Shown: positions 25,684-39,184 of the stretch, one piece after another
Layout of the letters: each line of letters begins with the position of its first letter
Numbering within the stretch: the first letter of the stretch is position 1
DNA from: the human T2T-CHM13v2.0 reference genome, Homo sapiens
Reading direction: 5' to 3' (one strand)
DNA: 64,000 bases
Assembly: GCF_009914755.1 (NCBI RefSeq)
Contig: NC_060930.1
Notes under the pieces: generated by a model
The model's database searches: none
What the model saw: the letters and a program-made list of their open reading frames with translations, nothing else
What the model was told of the DNA's origin: nothing
Position numbers and translations under genes: made by a program

Positions 25684-26999
25684 TGCCTTTCTTAGTACGT
25701 ATAGTAATAAAAATCTCGTTCTAAATTTTATTGCTCAAGGCACATATTTGTCCTTAGAGAATTCATTGTGTGCTTTTAGAATTCCATGTTGAAGTTAATT
25801 GGCACAATCTAAGAGTTAGAAAGTACACTTACGGCTTCAAATTAAATAATTTGTTTTATCAAAAACTTCCAATTAGTGTTTAATTGGAAACAAGTTAAAC
25901 CTGCTTGAGAAATTATTCTTGTTTGGATTTTTGTTGCTTGAGGTTATAGTATTGATGATCCTTATTTTCTAACTACTAAAAATTATTGGTTTTAGTTTGG
26001 AAATAATTCAGATGTATGGGAATAATTTTGACTTAAAATTAAGAGACTGAGAAATGATAGACTCCTTTTAATTTTCATTCATATGTTTATTTTGTGTGTT
26101 TACCTTCATTCAATCCCCAGTGTCAAGAGTTAACAACAGGTACACGTTTATTTGTCACCTAGGGCATGTGATTAGATTTATTTGATTTTGGGAAAGGAGC
26201 ATTAGGAGTGTGAAGATCTTCACAGTATTAGACCACTAGCTGTTGATGGTTAAAGGTTTGTCACCCTTCGGCTTGCTGCCCTGCACAATCAATGCCTACG
26301 ATATGCTTATTTAATTTATTGGCACAGTAAAGAAGACTATGTGATACAAGAATCTCAAGACTCAAAGTCTCTTTCAAAAGCCCTTCAAACTTTGGTAACT
26401 ACAAGAATAAACATATCTCTTCCACCCCCTAAACACCCACCACCACCGCACCCCTGCCGTGGGAATCAAGGTCAGCTTGCAGCCCTGGTATTCTTAAAGG
26501 AAATTTATGAGGAAAAATAAGAGTCAGGAACACCTAACACAAAGAAGTTAATTTACAATTACACTAAGCCAAGTAACTTATCTTCTGCAGCTGATAACTT
26601 TTGAAGCATTAGGGAGTTAAACTGTATAGATACACCAGATTGTTACTTCTGAGTTTAGGTTTGGGGGACTCTAGAGTTAGCAAGCAGCTGCCTATCAGGG
26701 GGTCTCCCTATATATAATATATGTATTCACAATATATATGAATATATAAGTTATATATTCATCTTCCTTTAGATATATATATTCATTGTTCCTAAGACTA
26801 ATGACTTTTTACAAATTTTAGTAGTTTACTTAAGTATTAGAATTCTCTTTTTAATGCTCTGGTTTAAGAGTAACCTACCAACATACAACAACAACCACAG
26901 AAAACACAAACTGATCTGAAGGCAGAATTTTACAGTTCTCCCAGTTTTCAGTATAAGACTCATGATTTTTAATGGAGACAATGTTGAATGTGATTCCTT

Positions 27000-27220
27000 G
27001 GCTCTTCATTTAGATTTTTGGTCTAAATCCTAGTTCTGTTAGAACAAAGTTGTACATTTTTGGACAATAAACTTCTTTGTCCCTTGGTTTTCTTATCTGA
27101 ATGGAGAAAGAGCTGTACCTTCATCATAGGTAGGCTATGTGTGGCTAAAATCAATTGATTCATGCTAAACGTCCAGAACGGTACCTGATAAATTCTTATA
27201 TGTGTTTCCTATTGTTATTA
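27000..27220 (+). mobile_element. MIR SINE
   Basis: ggtctaaatcctagttctg...ccttggttttcttatctgaatggag. Confidence 0.65.
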
Positions 27221-27859
27221 GGACTAAATTATAAAGAATTATCATTTCTGACTACATTGAAGCCACCTCTAATTAAACAGAATCAAGGAAGGACAGAGCT
27301 CTCATTCTTTCAAAAAGGATTTAGAGGCATATTCAAAGATATTACTAAATGTATAAAGGGATTTGCACCAAGGATAAATGTTAACTACATCATTATTTCT
27401 TTCCAAGGAAAAGCAATTACAAAAGTCTTAAACAACAGCAGAAGGGCATTCGAGAAAATACAAGGAAAAATATACCAGTGAGATTTATGAATAATTCTAA
27501 ATGAGGTTACGGAATCTCCTCTAAGGAAGACCCTTGCCTCTCTGGGATGCTTCAGGCAGGTCAATCTTAGACAGCATCTGAAGCGGTTGGGTGGATTTTG
27601 GTTCCCTCCACTCTCTTGTGTTTCCAGCTATTTTTCCCATGGGTTACCCAGTTCCTCTCTGGAGCATCCCCCTAGGCCACCTCTGACTTTCCTAGTCAAT
27701 ACAAATTTTCATTCACTTCTCCTTGTCCTTACATCAAACTTTCTGTAGATTTGATAGTTTTTACTTATTTAAATAATCTTTTCAGTAGCAGAAAATGGAT
27801 TTCTGACTCTGTTAACTGTATGTAGTCTTTTTTTTGATAAACTCTTCCAGTTTTCATAC

Positions 27860-28270
27860 ATAATAAATTATATGTATATACATCAAATACATCAAAATAT
27901 ATATATAATTTCATATTTTATTTTGCCCACTCAATATTATTTTACATATCCCTTCTACATTTATCTTAGGTGTAGAATCACAATCAAATTTCTGCTTAAA
28001 TCTTGTTTAATGATTTTTCTATTGACAATTTGAACTGTTTTTGTATTTTCCTTTAAACTGCTGTTATAAATGTCTGTTCATTAAAAAAATCTCAAATTAT
28101 TTACTTAGAATGAATTCCAAAATTTGAATTATTAGGTCAAAGACTTAAACATTTCTATGTATCAGGATACATATGAGCCTGCATGTGCACACACACACAG
28201 CCAGGTGTCCTTCTCAAAATAATAAACACATTTTTATTTCTATGAGCATTAAATATGTATTATATATTTG
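27860..28270 (-). mobile_element. L1ME-like fragment
   Basis: tttgcccactcaatattattt...agaatgaattccaaaatttgaattattaggtcaaag. Confidence 0.65.
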
Positions 28271-28399
28271 GCTCATAAAACCCTCATTATCCTAATTCCT
28301 GAGGCTTTAGGAAACAAAAAATTTGACTAAAGTAACTCAAATTGATGTGTAAATAGCAGATGGACTTTTCCTTCCTCATTTGGGAAAGAAATTCTAAGC

Positions 28400-28447
28400 A
28401 GTATGTGTGTGTGTCTGTGTGTCGGTGTGTGTGTTTGCATGTGTATG
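28400..28447. repeat. Imperfect (TG)n
   Basis: gtatgtgtgtgtgtctgtgtgtcggtgtgtgtgt. Confidence 0.8.
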
Positions 28448-29848
28448 CACAACCATCTGAATATTTGGGGCAAGTGAACTTCTTCTGGTATTTAGATTGC
28501 TCTGTATAGCACAATGCCAAATTTGCTTACTTAGGGAGGCCAGTTTAAGCAGAGTGTAGGTAGATACTGACTGAGGGAAGGCAATAGACGTTACTCTCAG
28601 CATTATATTATAATGAGAAATAGATTGGTTTTGCAGGTGATTTGTTACTTCTGCAAACATTACGTACAAGATACTGAGTCAGGTGCTGTGGGAAGCTACA
28701 GGGATATATAAGCCACACTCACAGCCCTCTATGCCATTCCAGTCAAATAAAGAAGATAACACATGACCACAAATCAATGAAATACTAACTAGGAAGTGAT
28801 GTTTTATCCAAAAAAAATGGGAGTCAATTAAAAAAAGAGATTACTTTGATGAAGTGAGGATTTAATTTAAACCAAAATATTCAACATGAGTGATATCCAG
28901 AGGAAAAAAAATCTACTTTCATTCCCATTTTGAGGCCATAAGAGTTATTTCCAAACTAAATTATGTAAGCTTTTCTGCCTTTATCAGTTGCATTGACACA
29001 TGAAAATATTCGAGAAACCTTATGAAATTCCAACATCTGTGTGGAAAACAAATACACTGTAATTTACTGAAGGCATTTATTTATCAAGGCATAGTCTCTT
29101 TTGGGGGATTAATGGGAGAACTATCACGAATTTTAAAATTCATGAGTTGGTATTTGATCTTTAGCATGACACTAAGATTAATTCAGTATATTGTATGTAT
29201 TTGCAAATGAATTAATCAAATATACTGAAATTGATAAAAAGAAGACAGAAATTGACTTTGACATGCTGTTTGATAGTTGCCATTAATTAAATGCCCAACA
29301 AGTTCAACAAAATACACAGTTAGGCAGAAATAAAACAAAGGGGAAAATCCAAAAGTGGCACTTTATTTAATTCTTTCTTTTATAACTGTTCCTAATTAAC
29401 CTTCCACAGCTTCTGTAGAATCCTTAATGTATCAGATTACTTAGAAATAGAAATAAAAGTTTCACTTCTTTAGAATTATCACCTTATTCTAATTCACACT
29501 TTAAATTTGGTCACTTTCTCCAAGTTAAGGCTAAATTTTACTGCTCTCTTCTAAACAGGCAATCAGCATTTTGAGATTCTCTTAGGTTGAAGCGCTCATA
29601 GCCTGAAGTGAATTCTGTATTTTAATATTCACAGCACAAAGGCAGGAAAGTTAAAAGCTTTCTTCTGTGTATACATTGAACACTTGTAAGTGGAGACTGA
29701 GGAAATCCAGGATGCCACAAAACTCACTGTAGTAATCAGTTTAGAGTGCAAGTGATGGGAGTCAAACTTTATATACTTAAGGCTAAAGCAATATTCACCG
29801 ACCTACACATCAAGACACGATTGAAAATCCAAGTCTCAGCCAAGCTAG

Positions 29849-30383
<535 letters not shown>

Positions 30384-30574
30384 CAGCTTCTTTCTTTCTG
30401 ACTGAAAAATGTGGTTGCCACGTGGCTGACAACAGACCACTAGTGGCTCCTGGATTTTATGTTCTAACACCCTGCCATCAAAGGAGGATGGATTTTAACA
30501 ATCCATTCCCCAATTTAAGAAACCCAGAAAAAATTTCTTGTTAGTCTAGCTTAGGTCAGAAGTTAATACTTTAA

Positions 30575-30845
30575 TATGGACTAAGAAAATAATGAAGTAC
30601 TTTCTGTCAGACACTTTAAACAACAGTCTTAAGCACTTTGAATGTATTTTTAACCTCGTTTCCCATGACAACTTATGAGATGGGATTTATATAATTTTCA
30701 TTTGATAGATGATATATTTGAGACTTAAAGAGTTAGGTAACTTGCCCCTTCACCAGCTAGCTAGTCAATTTCAGAGCCAGGATTTTGATCCAGGATTTGA
30801 TTCTGGATCTGGCTTTTTCCAGAGCTCTGCTACCCTCCACTGTCT
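30575..30845 (-). mobile_element. MIR SINE
   Basis: catgacaacttatgagatggg...agagttaggtaacttgccc...cagagccaggattttga. Confidence 0.85.
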
Positions 30846-31384
30846 ATGTCTGTGATTAACCTTGTCTGGGCCATGTGTGCTCTAATTCATTGTCAGGTGG
30901 TGTAGCTATGAAATGTCAACTCTGAGAAGTCAGATGGGGAAACATTCTAGAAAAGAGGACAGTTTTACAGATGTGCTCTACATTCATACTATCACCCACA
31001 GCTAGTGCTGATTGTCCTGACTGGTATGGGGATGCATCCGCAGGTCACTTCGTTCATGTTCAGTGGTGCTCCATGTGTTTTAAGAATCTGTGCTGTGTCT
31101 CCGTGTCTGCAATCCAGGGTTGCAACTTCACTTAAGGTTTATTTGATTTTTATACTAGTTTATTCATTTATTTGTTAGATCTAGGAGATGTATTTGTTTC
31201 TTGAGATAATTTTGAGATTATTCAGAGAATGGTATGCTTTTCCTCCCAATAAAATGGATTAATCTTTCTCATTAGAATGTGTACAGGTAACAAATAAAAC
31301 AAATACATTAACATATACATGTTCTGCTGAAGAACTTTGCAATTGCTTGATGGAAATAATGCTTCTTATTTCAAAATTTAAGTA

Positions 31385-31712
31385 CAGTCTTCCTTTGACA
31401 TTCAAGGGGGATTGGTTTCAGTCCCTCTTGCAGGTAACAAAATCTGAGGATGTTCAAGTCCCTGATATAAAATGGTGTAGTATTTGCATATAACCTATGC
31501 ACATCCTCCCAGGTACATTAAATCATCTCTAGATTACTTATAATACCTAATACAATGTAAGTGTTACATAAAGAGTTGTTATACTGTATTGTTTAGGAAA
31601 TAATAGCAATAAAAAAAGGCAATATAGACAATTTTTTTTTTCTGAATATTTTTGATCTGTAGTTTGTTGAATCCAGGGATGCAGAACTCGTCTATATGGA
31701 GGGCCAGCTTCA
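31385..31712. mobile_element. MER2 (TcMar-Tigger) fossil
   Basis: caagtccctgatataaaatggtgtagtatttgcatataacct...aaatcatctctagattacttataatacctaatacaatgtaa; preceded by TA. Confidence 0.92.
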
Positions 31713-32606
31713 CACAAAAATTTAAGAAAAAATTTTTTCTTTAAAAAAGACTCAAATCAACTGTATTTTTAATTTGAGCATAATAGACTGAACCACAAGA
31801 CAAGCTTAAACTATTTCCTATTTCTCTTTGATACTATAAAGTTTTGTCAACCTAATTCTTTGTAAAGTTACAGTGAAAACAACCTGGAAAAATATGGAGT
31901 GGTTAAGTTCAAAAGTGATTCCTTTTGGCTCACTTAACAATCTTTTTTGCTAAGGGTTTTAAAATTTTTGTCACAGTGTGTCTGCTGTATAGTTTCTCAC
32001 TTTCTTCCATTTTTCCCCTTCTCTGTTACTTTTAGGGGTAAAGCACAACAAATAATTGTTTGCTCTCTGTTGTGTTAAGTGTTAAATGTGGGCCATTGCT
32101 GATACCCATGCACGACTGCTTTACTGTTCACTGTGACAGCTGTCCAGCTTACCCCATAAGCCTGTCTGCCTCACTCATCATTTTTGTTATTCTCCTTCAA
32201 TTTTCAAAGAGCCTTAGAATCGGGATGATCTAGCACAGTTTGATATGATGTTAGATTTTTTTGTATTTTTATTTCCCCACCTCCCCCCCATGTTTAATGT
32301 CCCAGATAATGGATTGGTAAGAATCCAGTGCTTTAAGCATGGATTCTCTGCTTACATTTTAGCCACAAAAACATGCTAGTATATGCAGTCAATGATTTCC
32401 AAGCTGATAGCTAATGTAATGTGCCTCTAGAACCACGTCTCTGCTTTTGTTTCTGGAAAAGGCAAGGCATGTCAAATTTATTACATGCAAAATTTGCCTT
32501 CCAACCTTGTGGAAACTTTTTCACAGGTAAATTGGTATCCTGGGATTTTTTTTGGTTGCCCAGGTCAAAGAGAAAATAAACATTATAAGTTAACTCATTA
32601 TATAAG

Positions 32607-32985
32607 GCAAGGATTCTTTATCTTTTTTGAGTCATGCACTCTTTTTGCAGTTTGAGGGGCCTATGGTCTTCTTTTTAGCATATTGTTTTTTTATGTGCAT
32701 AGTACAAGATTCAGAAATAGTTCTAAGAACTATTATAATTTCAAAGTAGTAATGAGAACAAGTGATATTTTGCTATATATGCAACACTTGTAATGTAAAA
32801 TATCTATGATTTTTATAGGTATCAATGTCACAGATAGTGCCTAATTCTACACTGGTTGATTGATTATATTCATAATTGAAGGAAATGTTAAATTCCAGTT
32901 AGAGATTAATAAAAACAAAACATAATATATTTCCCATCATGGACCCATTGAATGCTATTCATAGACCCCTTAGACAGAACTAAGA
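32607..32985. mobile_element. Charlie4-like hAT fossil
   Basis: cataattgaaggaaatgttaaattccagttagagattaataaaaac...ttcccatc...ggaccc. Confidence 0.75.
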
Positions 32986-33199
32986 TGAATACTTTAGATA
33001 GAGTTAAGACCCACGTCTATATAATGTAGGTGACTTAATGTATTGATTCTCTCATAGGTATTTGCATTTTTAAAAAGATCTTCAGGAGGAGAGAAATGGT
33101 TTACATAAAAATAATAAATTTATAATAATAAAATATCAACTACTGTATGGTCTTCTATTATGAGGATGCATCTGCTTTGCATGCATCTGCTTTGCTGTA

Positions 33200-33700
33200 A
33201 CAATGGTATATATTTTAATGAACATGACAAACTTTAATATGCATGAATGCTGTTTCTATCAAAGTTATCTTCAAAAAGAAAAAAAAACAAAGTTATCTTC
33301 ATAGGCTATATTCATATTGCATAGTATTGCTAATTTCAAAAACTTCCTAAAGAATAATTATTTCTCTATTTTTTTATAGCTGGAGTCCTAATCTTTTAAG
33401 TCTCTTGAGACATATGATAAATCATTGTTTTTCAATAGTGGATTTTAGTTTTAGAAAGAGCTAAAAGTAATAATGAGTTAACCTGTTTAGGATTTTTTTT
33501 AAAGGTATAAATTTAAGGCAATGGAACCAATTTTCTTAAAAATATAAATGACTTTTAAAGTTAATTCAAAGAAGTTTCAAAAATATTTTGAGGGATAGCA
33601 GAAACATTAAGTAAACATATAGATTGTCCCTGGTAACATCTTTGGCGGTAATATTCATATGAATATGTTTGTTTTTAAAAAATCTTACTTCATGAGCTAT
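33200..33700. mobile_element. MARNA-like ancient Mariner fossil
   Basis: aaagaagtttcaaaaatattttgagggatagcagaaacattaagtaaacatatag...ggtaacatctttg resembles the MARNA 3' part. Confidence 0.6.
33260..33301 (+). mobile_element. Solo poly(A) insertion with 14-bp TSD
   Basis: caaagttatcttca (33260-33273), aaaagaaaaaaaaa (33274-33287), caaagttatcttca (33288-33301). Confidence 0.75.
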
Positions 33701-33712
33701 GTCTTGTAATTT

Positions 33713-34416
33713 TGGAACTGCTCCTATAAAATTCATAAAATCTATCAGGAAAAAAGAGAGAGAAATGAAAATAAACCAAGCCTACTGCACATGAAACATT
33801 AGCCATGAAGTCAGCTTGCTCTCTGACCTGCTTCTTCGTAGTTCTTTGGTGCCTATTGCCTCACAATCATGTAGACCCTATTACAGAATTACAGTTCCCC
33901 TTAACTGTTCCACAGATAACAGCTTGAACATTATAAAACATTAAGTTTTCCCTTTGATCATTTCAGAGAAACGGATCATCCTGATGTTTACCAGAGCAAT
34001 AGGCTTTAGTGGCGAAAAGGTCTTGCATACTGATGAAACTACTAACGCCAGCTGATTCCAGTGACCCCCCACTGATACCAGCTGATTTAAAAGACCCCAC
34101 TGACTCAGCTGGTCTGAAGGACCCCATGAGGAACTGACTCACCAAAAAAATGCAGTTTTCACATCCTGATGATTTCATCACCCTTTCCCTGACCAATGAA
34201 TGACCCCAATTTTCCAGCCCCTCATGCTCAAGAAACCTTTTAAAAACCCACCCTAGAACTTCTCTATCCCCAGAGGAGATAGATTTGAGGATCTCCTTCC
34301 ATCTCCTCACTTGATGGTTTGCAATCATTAACTCTTTCCCTGCTGCATTTCTGCTGTCTTAGGGTAATGGGTCTGTTACTGGGCAGTGGGCATACAAACC
34401 TGTTGGTCCTATAACA
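33713..34416 (+). mobile_element. ERV1 solo LTR (LTR26-like)
   Basis: TG...CA ends (tggaactg...cctataaca) with 4-bp TSD attt at 33709-33712 and 34417-34420; internal sequence resembles the recalled LTR26 consensus. Confidence 0.85.
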
Positions 34417-35008
34417 ATTTGGAGATAGAGGAATCCTCCCACTGAACTTGGAAATCCTATGATTCAGGCATCTGTCTTCTCTGTTTCAGAATGACACTAT
34501 TATAGTTCTGGCTCCTGTAGAGTCTGCCATATTCTGAGTGAAATGAGGCACTGCTTATGGTAATGCTCATTAATATTAGTAATAGTATTCTGGAGTTTCC
34601 CAAGATTCTGCTGCTTGAAGCTTACTGTGATTTACAATGAGTTGCCACTGTGATATCCTTAAGCAGATTAGAAACATCAAGTGTTGTCTGAGTCTGTCAT
34701 CAGAAATAATCCTGCTATCCTTCCGTCTGTGAATATTTTGTGTAAATGTATTGACTGATTGATGAACTAAAGCTCTTCAAATTTCATTCTTCCCTGCTTA
34801 CAAATGCCAGAGGAACAAATGGCCTACAGATGCAAAGAGATACTTTTCAAGCATTCCTTTTTTCTTCTTCTGCCTCAGGGACTGTTGTTGACTTTGTCAG
34901 CTTCTTGTGGGAAGCAGTAGATTTGAAATTTCTGTAGACTTTTGCCACCCCCTTCCCTCAACATTGCTCCACATGATCAGAAGTCCCATGGCAGCAGTCC
35001 TCACTCAC

Positions 35009-35102
35009 CCTTTTCTGTCTGATGGGACCCATTCCCTGCAACTCCTCCCCTGAAGTCTTGCCCAACTTTCAAACTCTGTCCTTCCCTGCCAGTGGGGTTG
35101 GC
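35009..35102 (-). other. Candidate 94-nt exon (unverified)
   Basis: Minus-strand acceptor ctctcctactcccactttcag|G and donor AGG|gtgagt. Confidence 0.25.
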
Positions 35103-35502
35103 CTGAAAGTGGGAGTAGGAGAGCTGGGGGGTGGAACTTGGAGTTCCTTTTTGCAGTTGCAAGCTGATCCTTCCTATACCTCAACCACCTTTTTGTATCA
35201 GCTTTCAGGTTTTCGTAGTTAACTTTTCTGAAAGGACATTCCATTAGGTTACCTATTAAATAGTGTTTTCAGTATGATAGCGCTAAGTTTACACATTGAA
35301 TTGGCTTTGTGAATTAGACTGAGAATTTTAGTACATTCATTTAGTCTATTATGGAAAAACAACAACAAAGTATTTTGCAAATGAACTTTTAGTTTCTGCA
35401 AGTAGAGAATTGCTGTAATTTACTTTTTTTCGGTTAGTCCTAAACGCATGTACTTTCATCAATTTTTGTAAACTAGATCACCCAAGTTTATGGATTTTAG
35501 AA

Positions 35503-35679
35503 CAGTGATTGTCAGATTTTAAAATTTCCCAAAAGCTTGTTAAAACATAGTCTCCTGAGCCCCATCTCCAGAGTTTCTTATTTAGTAAGTCTGAGGTGAG
35601 GCCTGAGAATTTGCATTTCTAACACATTCTCAGGTGACGCCATGCTGCTGATCCTGAAACAGACTTTGAGGACCACTAG
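35503..35679. mobile_element. MER5A
   Basis: agcttgttaaaacatag...ggcctgagaatttgcatttctaaca...caggtga...actttgaggaccact. Confidence 0.92.
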
Positions 35680-36227
35680 CTTAGAGGACAGCTCACAAAT
35701 CTGAAACTACTATGAATCTTTGCAATTCTTAACATAACTGAAATCTCAAATTTTCAAGAGAATGTGAAATTTAAACTCCTCTTGCAAAGGCACAACTAAA
35801 TGAAGGTATATCCACATTCAGTTCACTTATTATATTTAATTACTTATTTTCAAGGCTTATCAGATCAGATATTAACTCCACAATTTATAATAAAAAATTC
35901 TTGCAAGCAGCAATGGGCTAGTATTCATGAATTAACATTTTTAATCTGTGCTAAACCAATGTAAGTTTTACTTTTTTGAGATTGATTTATCTTACAGTGA
36001 TTTCTTTTGCTTTCCAGCCGCATTTTGTTGGGTAATGTTTTTCAACAGTTTTAAACGCTAAATATCTACCACGTTCATTATCTTTTTAGTTTGAAAATGA
36101 TGTGTTTTTTTTGAAGCACTATTGATAAATGGCTCCCAGTATGTTCCTGTTGTGATAGGTAGAAATATGTAATTGATTTTATAGCACTTCTGAGTGCTCA
36201 GCCCTGGAACCTGCCTACACCTTGCAG

Positions 36228-36298
36228 ATGTGTGAATTGAATTGGAATGGGGAAATTCTGCTGCTAATCACTACAATCCTCCAGACTTGGTGTGGGAG
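36228..36298 (+). other. Candidate 71-nt exon (unverified)
   Basis: Acceptor cctgcctacaccttgcag|ATG and donor GAG|gtgagt. Confidence 0.22.
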
Positions 36299-36516
36299 GT
36301 GAGTAAGCATGGGACTGCTTTTCTTTTCTTGAGAAAAAATAAAATTAACGCGATGATTTTTTTTTTCTGTTGGCTGTCATATTCTCCTTTTAAAAAACGA
36401 AGACCTTTTGATTACAGTGCAAGTATCTTAGTTCCATTGCCTTCCTGAAAGATCAATAACTTTGATATTTTGCGGTAAGAAGGTCAGCAAATAAGTGAAA
36501 ATAGCTGAGGTGTGGC

Positions 36517-36535
36517 TTAATTTATGCAAATTAAT
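36517..36535. promoter_or_regulatory. POU octamer (ATGCAAAT) flanked by TAAT sites
   Basis: ttaatttATGCAAATtaat in unique sequence; motif only. Confidence 0.4.
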
Positions 36536-36639
36536 AGGTGTATCCTCTTGTGCCGGTGTTTAACACTGGAAACTACTGCATGCTATAAAGTATTCACACA
36601 GCTGCTGAAGCTCAGTGGCATCCAAAAAATGAGGCCAAC

Positions 36640-36815
36640 CACGGGGACACCAGTCTTGAGTTCGAAGTCCAACTGTGTCATCTGTTAGTTATGCTAACTT
36701 GGGCAAATATTCAGTTTTGCTGCCTTTAAAATGGGGGAAAATATGGAGCCTGCATGTCTGTGAGGGATTAGAAACACTAGATGCGAAACACCTGGTACAC
36801 TGAAAGCAGTCAATA
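36640..36815 (+). mobile_element. MIR SINE
   Basis: aacttgggcaaatattcagttt...taaaatgggg...tgtgagggattaga. Confidence 0.7.
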
Positions 36816-36916
36816 AAAGGAAGTGATAGGGACAGAAATTCTTAAATTGGCTAATTTCCTAACTTCTTCATTTGCAAAAGAACAGCTGCTGCATTTGCTT
36901 GAGAAAAAAAATTCCT

Positions 36917-37210
<294 letters not shown>

Positions 37211-39184
37211 AAAAAAAAATCCTAAAACCCTGAATAATAATCAGGGAAATGCCTATGTGCTTCTTACTGAATTTTTATTCAAGGTAATTTATGATTATTT
37301 GTCCTTGCTTTTCTCTGCTGTATCTAGGTGGATTTGTGATTGGTTAGTTGAATTTTAATAACCTCATCAGAACTTTTACCAATTTGATCAAATTCTTCAA
37401 GGCAACTTTTAATTATGCAGTAGTTATAAATAGGTTGCTAATATATGAGTCTGTTAAATATTGAAAATCCTTACCAACGTTGCCTAGCACATGGCATTTA
37501 CTCCATAGATATTAGTGCTTATTGTTAGTAACTGCATTATTTGGAGATTCTGTCATATATGCTTCCAGACTGGAAATGTTTAAAAAAAAGTCAAAGTGCT
37601 ATTTTTTCTAACTAACATTTCTATGGGTCTATAGTCAGGATGCAAGTCCAGATATCAGCTCAGAGATATCTCACAAAGAGCAGTTTCCTCTTTTATTCCA
37701 TATGGGCTCCTGGTCTCTCAGGTCACCAAGGTAGTTTTCCTGGTGATTAGGTTCCCAGCACCAAAGTTGCTGCCTCCAAAAAACTTCTCTGATCTGCCAG
37801 GTGACACCCTCAGAGGTCAGTTCAAAACCAATCTAAGACTTCCAGTTGTGACTCAAGTTTTGCTACACTTAATAGAGGGCATTGAATATGTATGTTTCAT
37901 CATTACGGAACCATTTTATTTTCTTTTTATGTTTGACAAATGGTACAAAAAGCATGAAGGAGTTAAATTGGATTAACACTGTTGTTCAATATTAGGGTGA
38001 ATTATTTCATTGGCTTTTAACCTATTAAAGCCTATTGCTCTGGTAAGCATCAGTATGGTATGTTTCTCTGAAATGATCAAATAATCTCTGGAAAAACAAT
38101 TGTCTGTCTCTGCAACTTCCAATCCTCTCCTTCCCCATGAGCCGAAATCAATAGATGTGCCAAGGAGTGGGTCAGGATGAGGAAACCTAAGGCCCTTTAT
38201 CATAATCTCTATTAACCTTCCCAAAGCCACTCCAAAGAAGCATACATCTAACTAAAGGTCATGCTGATTGTGCAAACATTGGCAATGTGTAGACAACATG
38301 TAGACCCAATTCAAACCAGACTGATGTCTCTGGGCTCTGTCTACACAGAGTCTCATTTGGTATCTTCACTGCTCTTCCTTCCACAACTGTATTGCAAAAG
38401 ACTCTGGACCTATAATTTGGAAAGACTACTGGACCTGTTTCTGAAGGAAAGTGCATGTAGGGCATTGCAAGTGGGGTTTAATTAGTGGAAATGCAACATA
38501 ATTCTCATATTTTCTAAAATGAGGCATGTCTGTAGCCACTGTTTGCAGGATTTCCTGTTGGACAGGGAGAGTAGCCTAATTGCCTCTGGGTGGCTTTTTC
38601 CAGGCTTCAAAGAATAAATTTTGCATAGCATTTTGGAGGCATCATCAAAATCAAAGCCTGAATACAATTTTATCCAAACAGCAAAAATATTCATCTCCTG
38701 TATTCCCACAGTGAACATACATCAGCGGATCATGGGGACGGGTTGGTATTGTTTCTAGGCTTGATTTAGGTCAATGTTTTCTAGGGGTGAGGGTAAGATT
38801 TGCCAGAGGCCAGAACTTTAAAGGATTTTTGGTTTTAAAAAGAAAAAAAAAGAGACAGAAATAAAAATGGATTTGGATCGTTAACCTGATTCTTACAGCA
38901 ACTGGATAACTATTTCCTTGCTCTAGTCCAGGAGCAAAGGACTAGGGTGAATGATCCACTGAGAACGTCTTGTGTTAGAACAAATACTGAGAGAACCTCA
39001 GCTTCATCAAATTTACTTTGCCTGTTGCTTTGCCAGATATTTTTAGTTTTGCAGTGTTTTAGACTTTATATCTCTCTGCTATACAAAACCTAAATAATCA
39101 AGGCTGCCATACTATCTTAAAAATATGCAAACCAGCTCAGGGGAGTAATCAGTCCCCTTGACTGTTGGTAAATGTCTATTTAAA

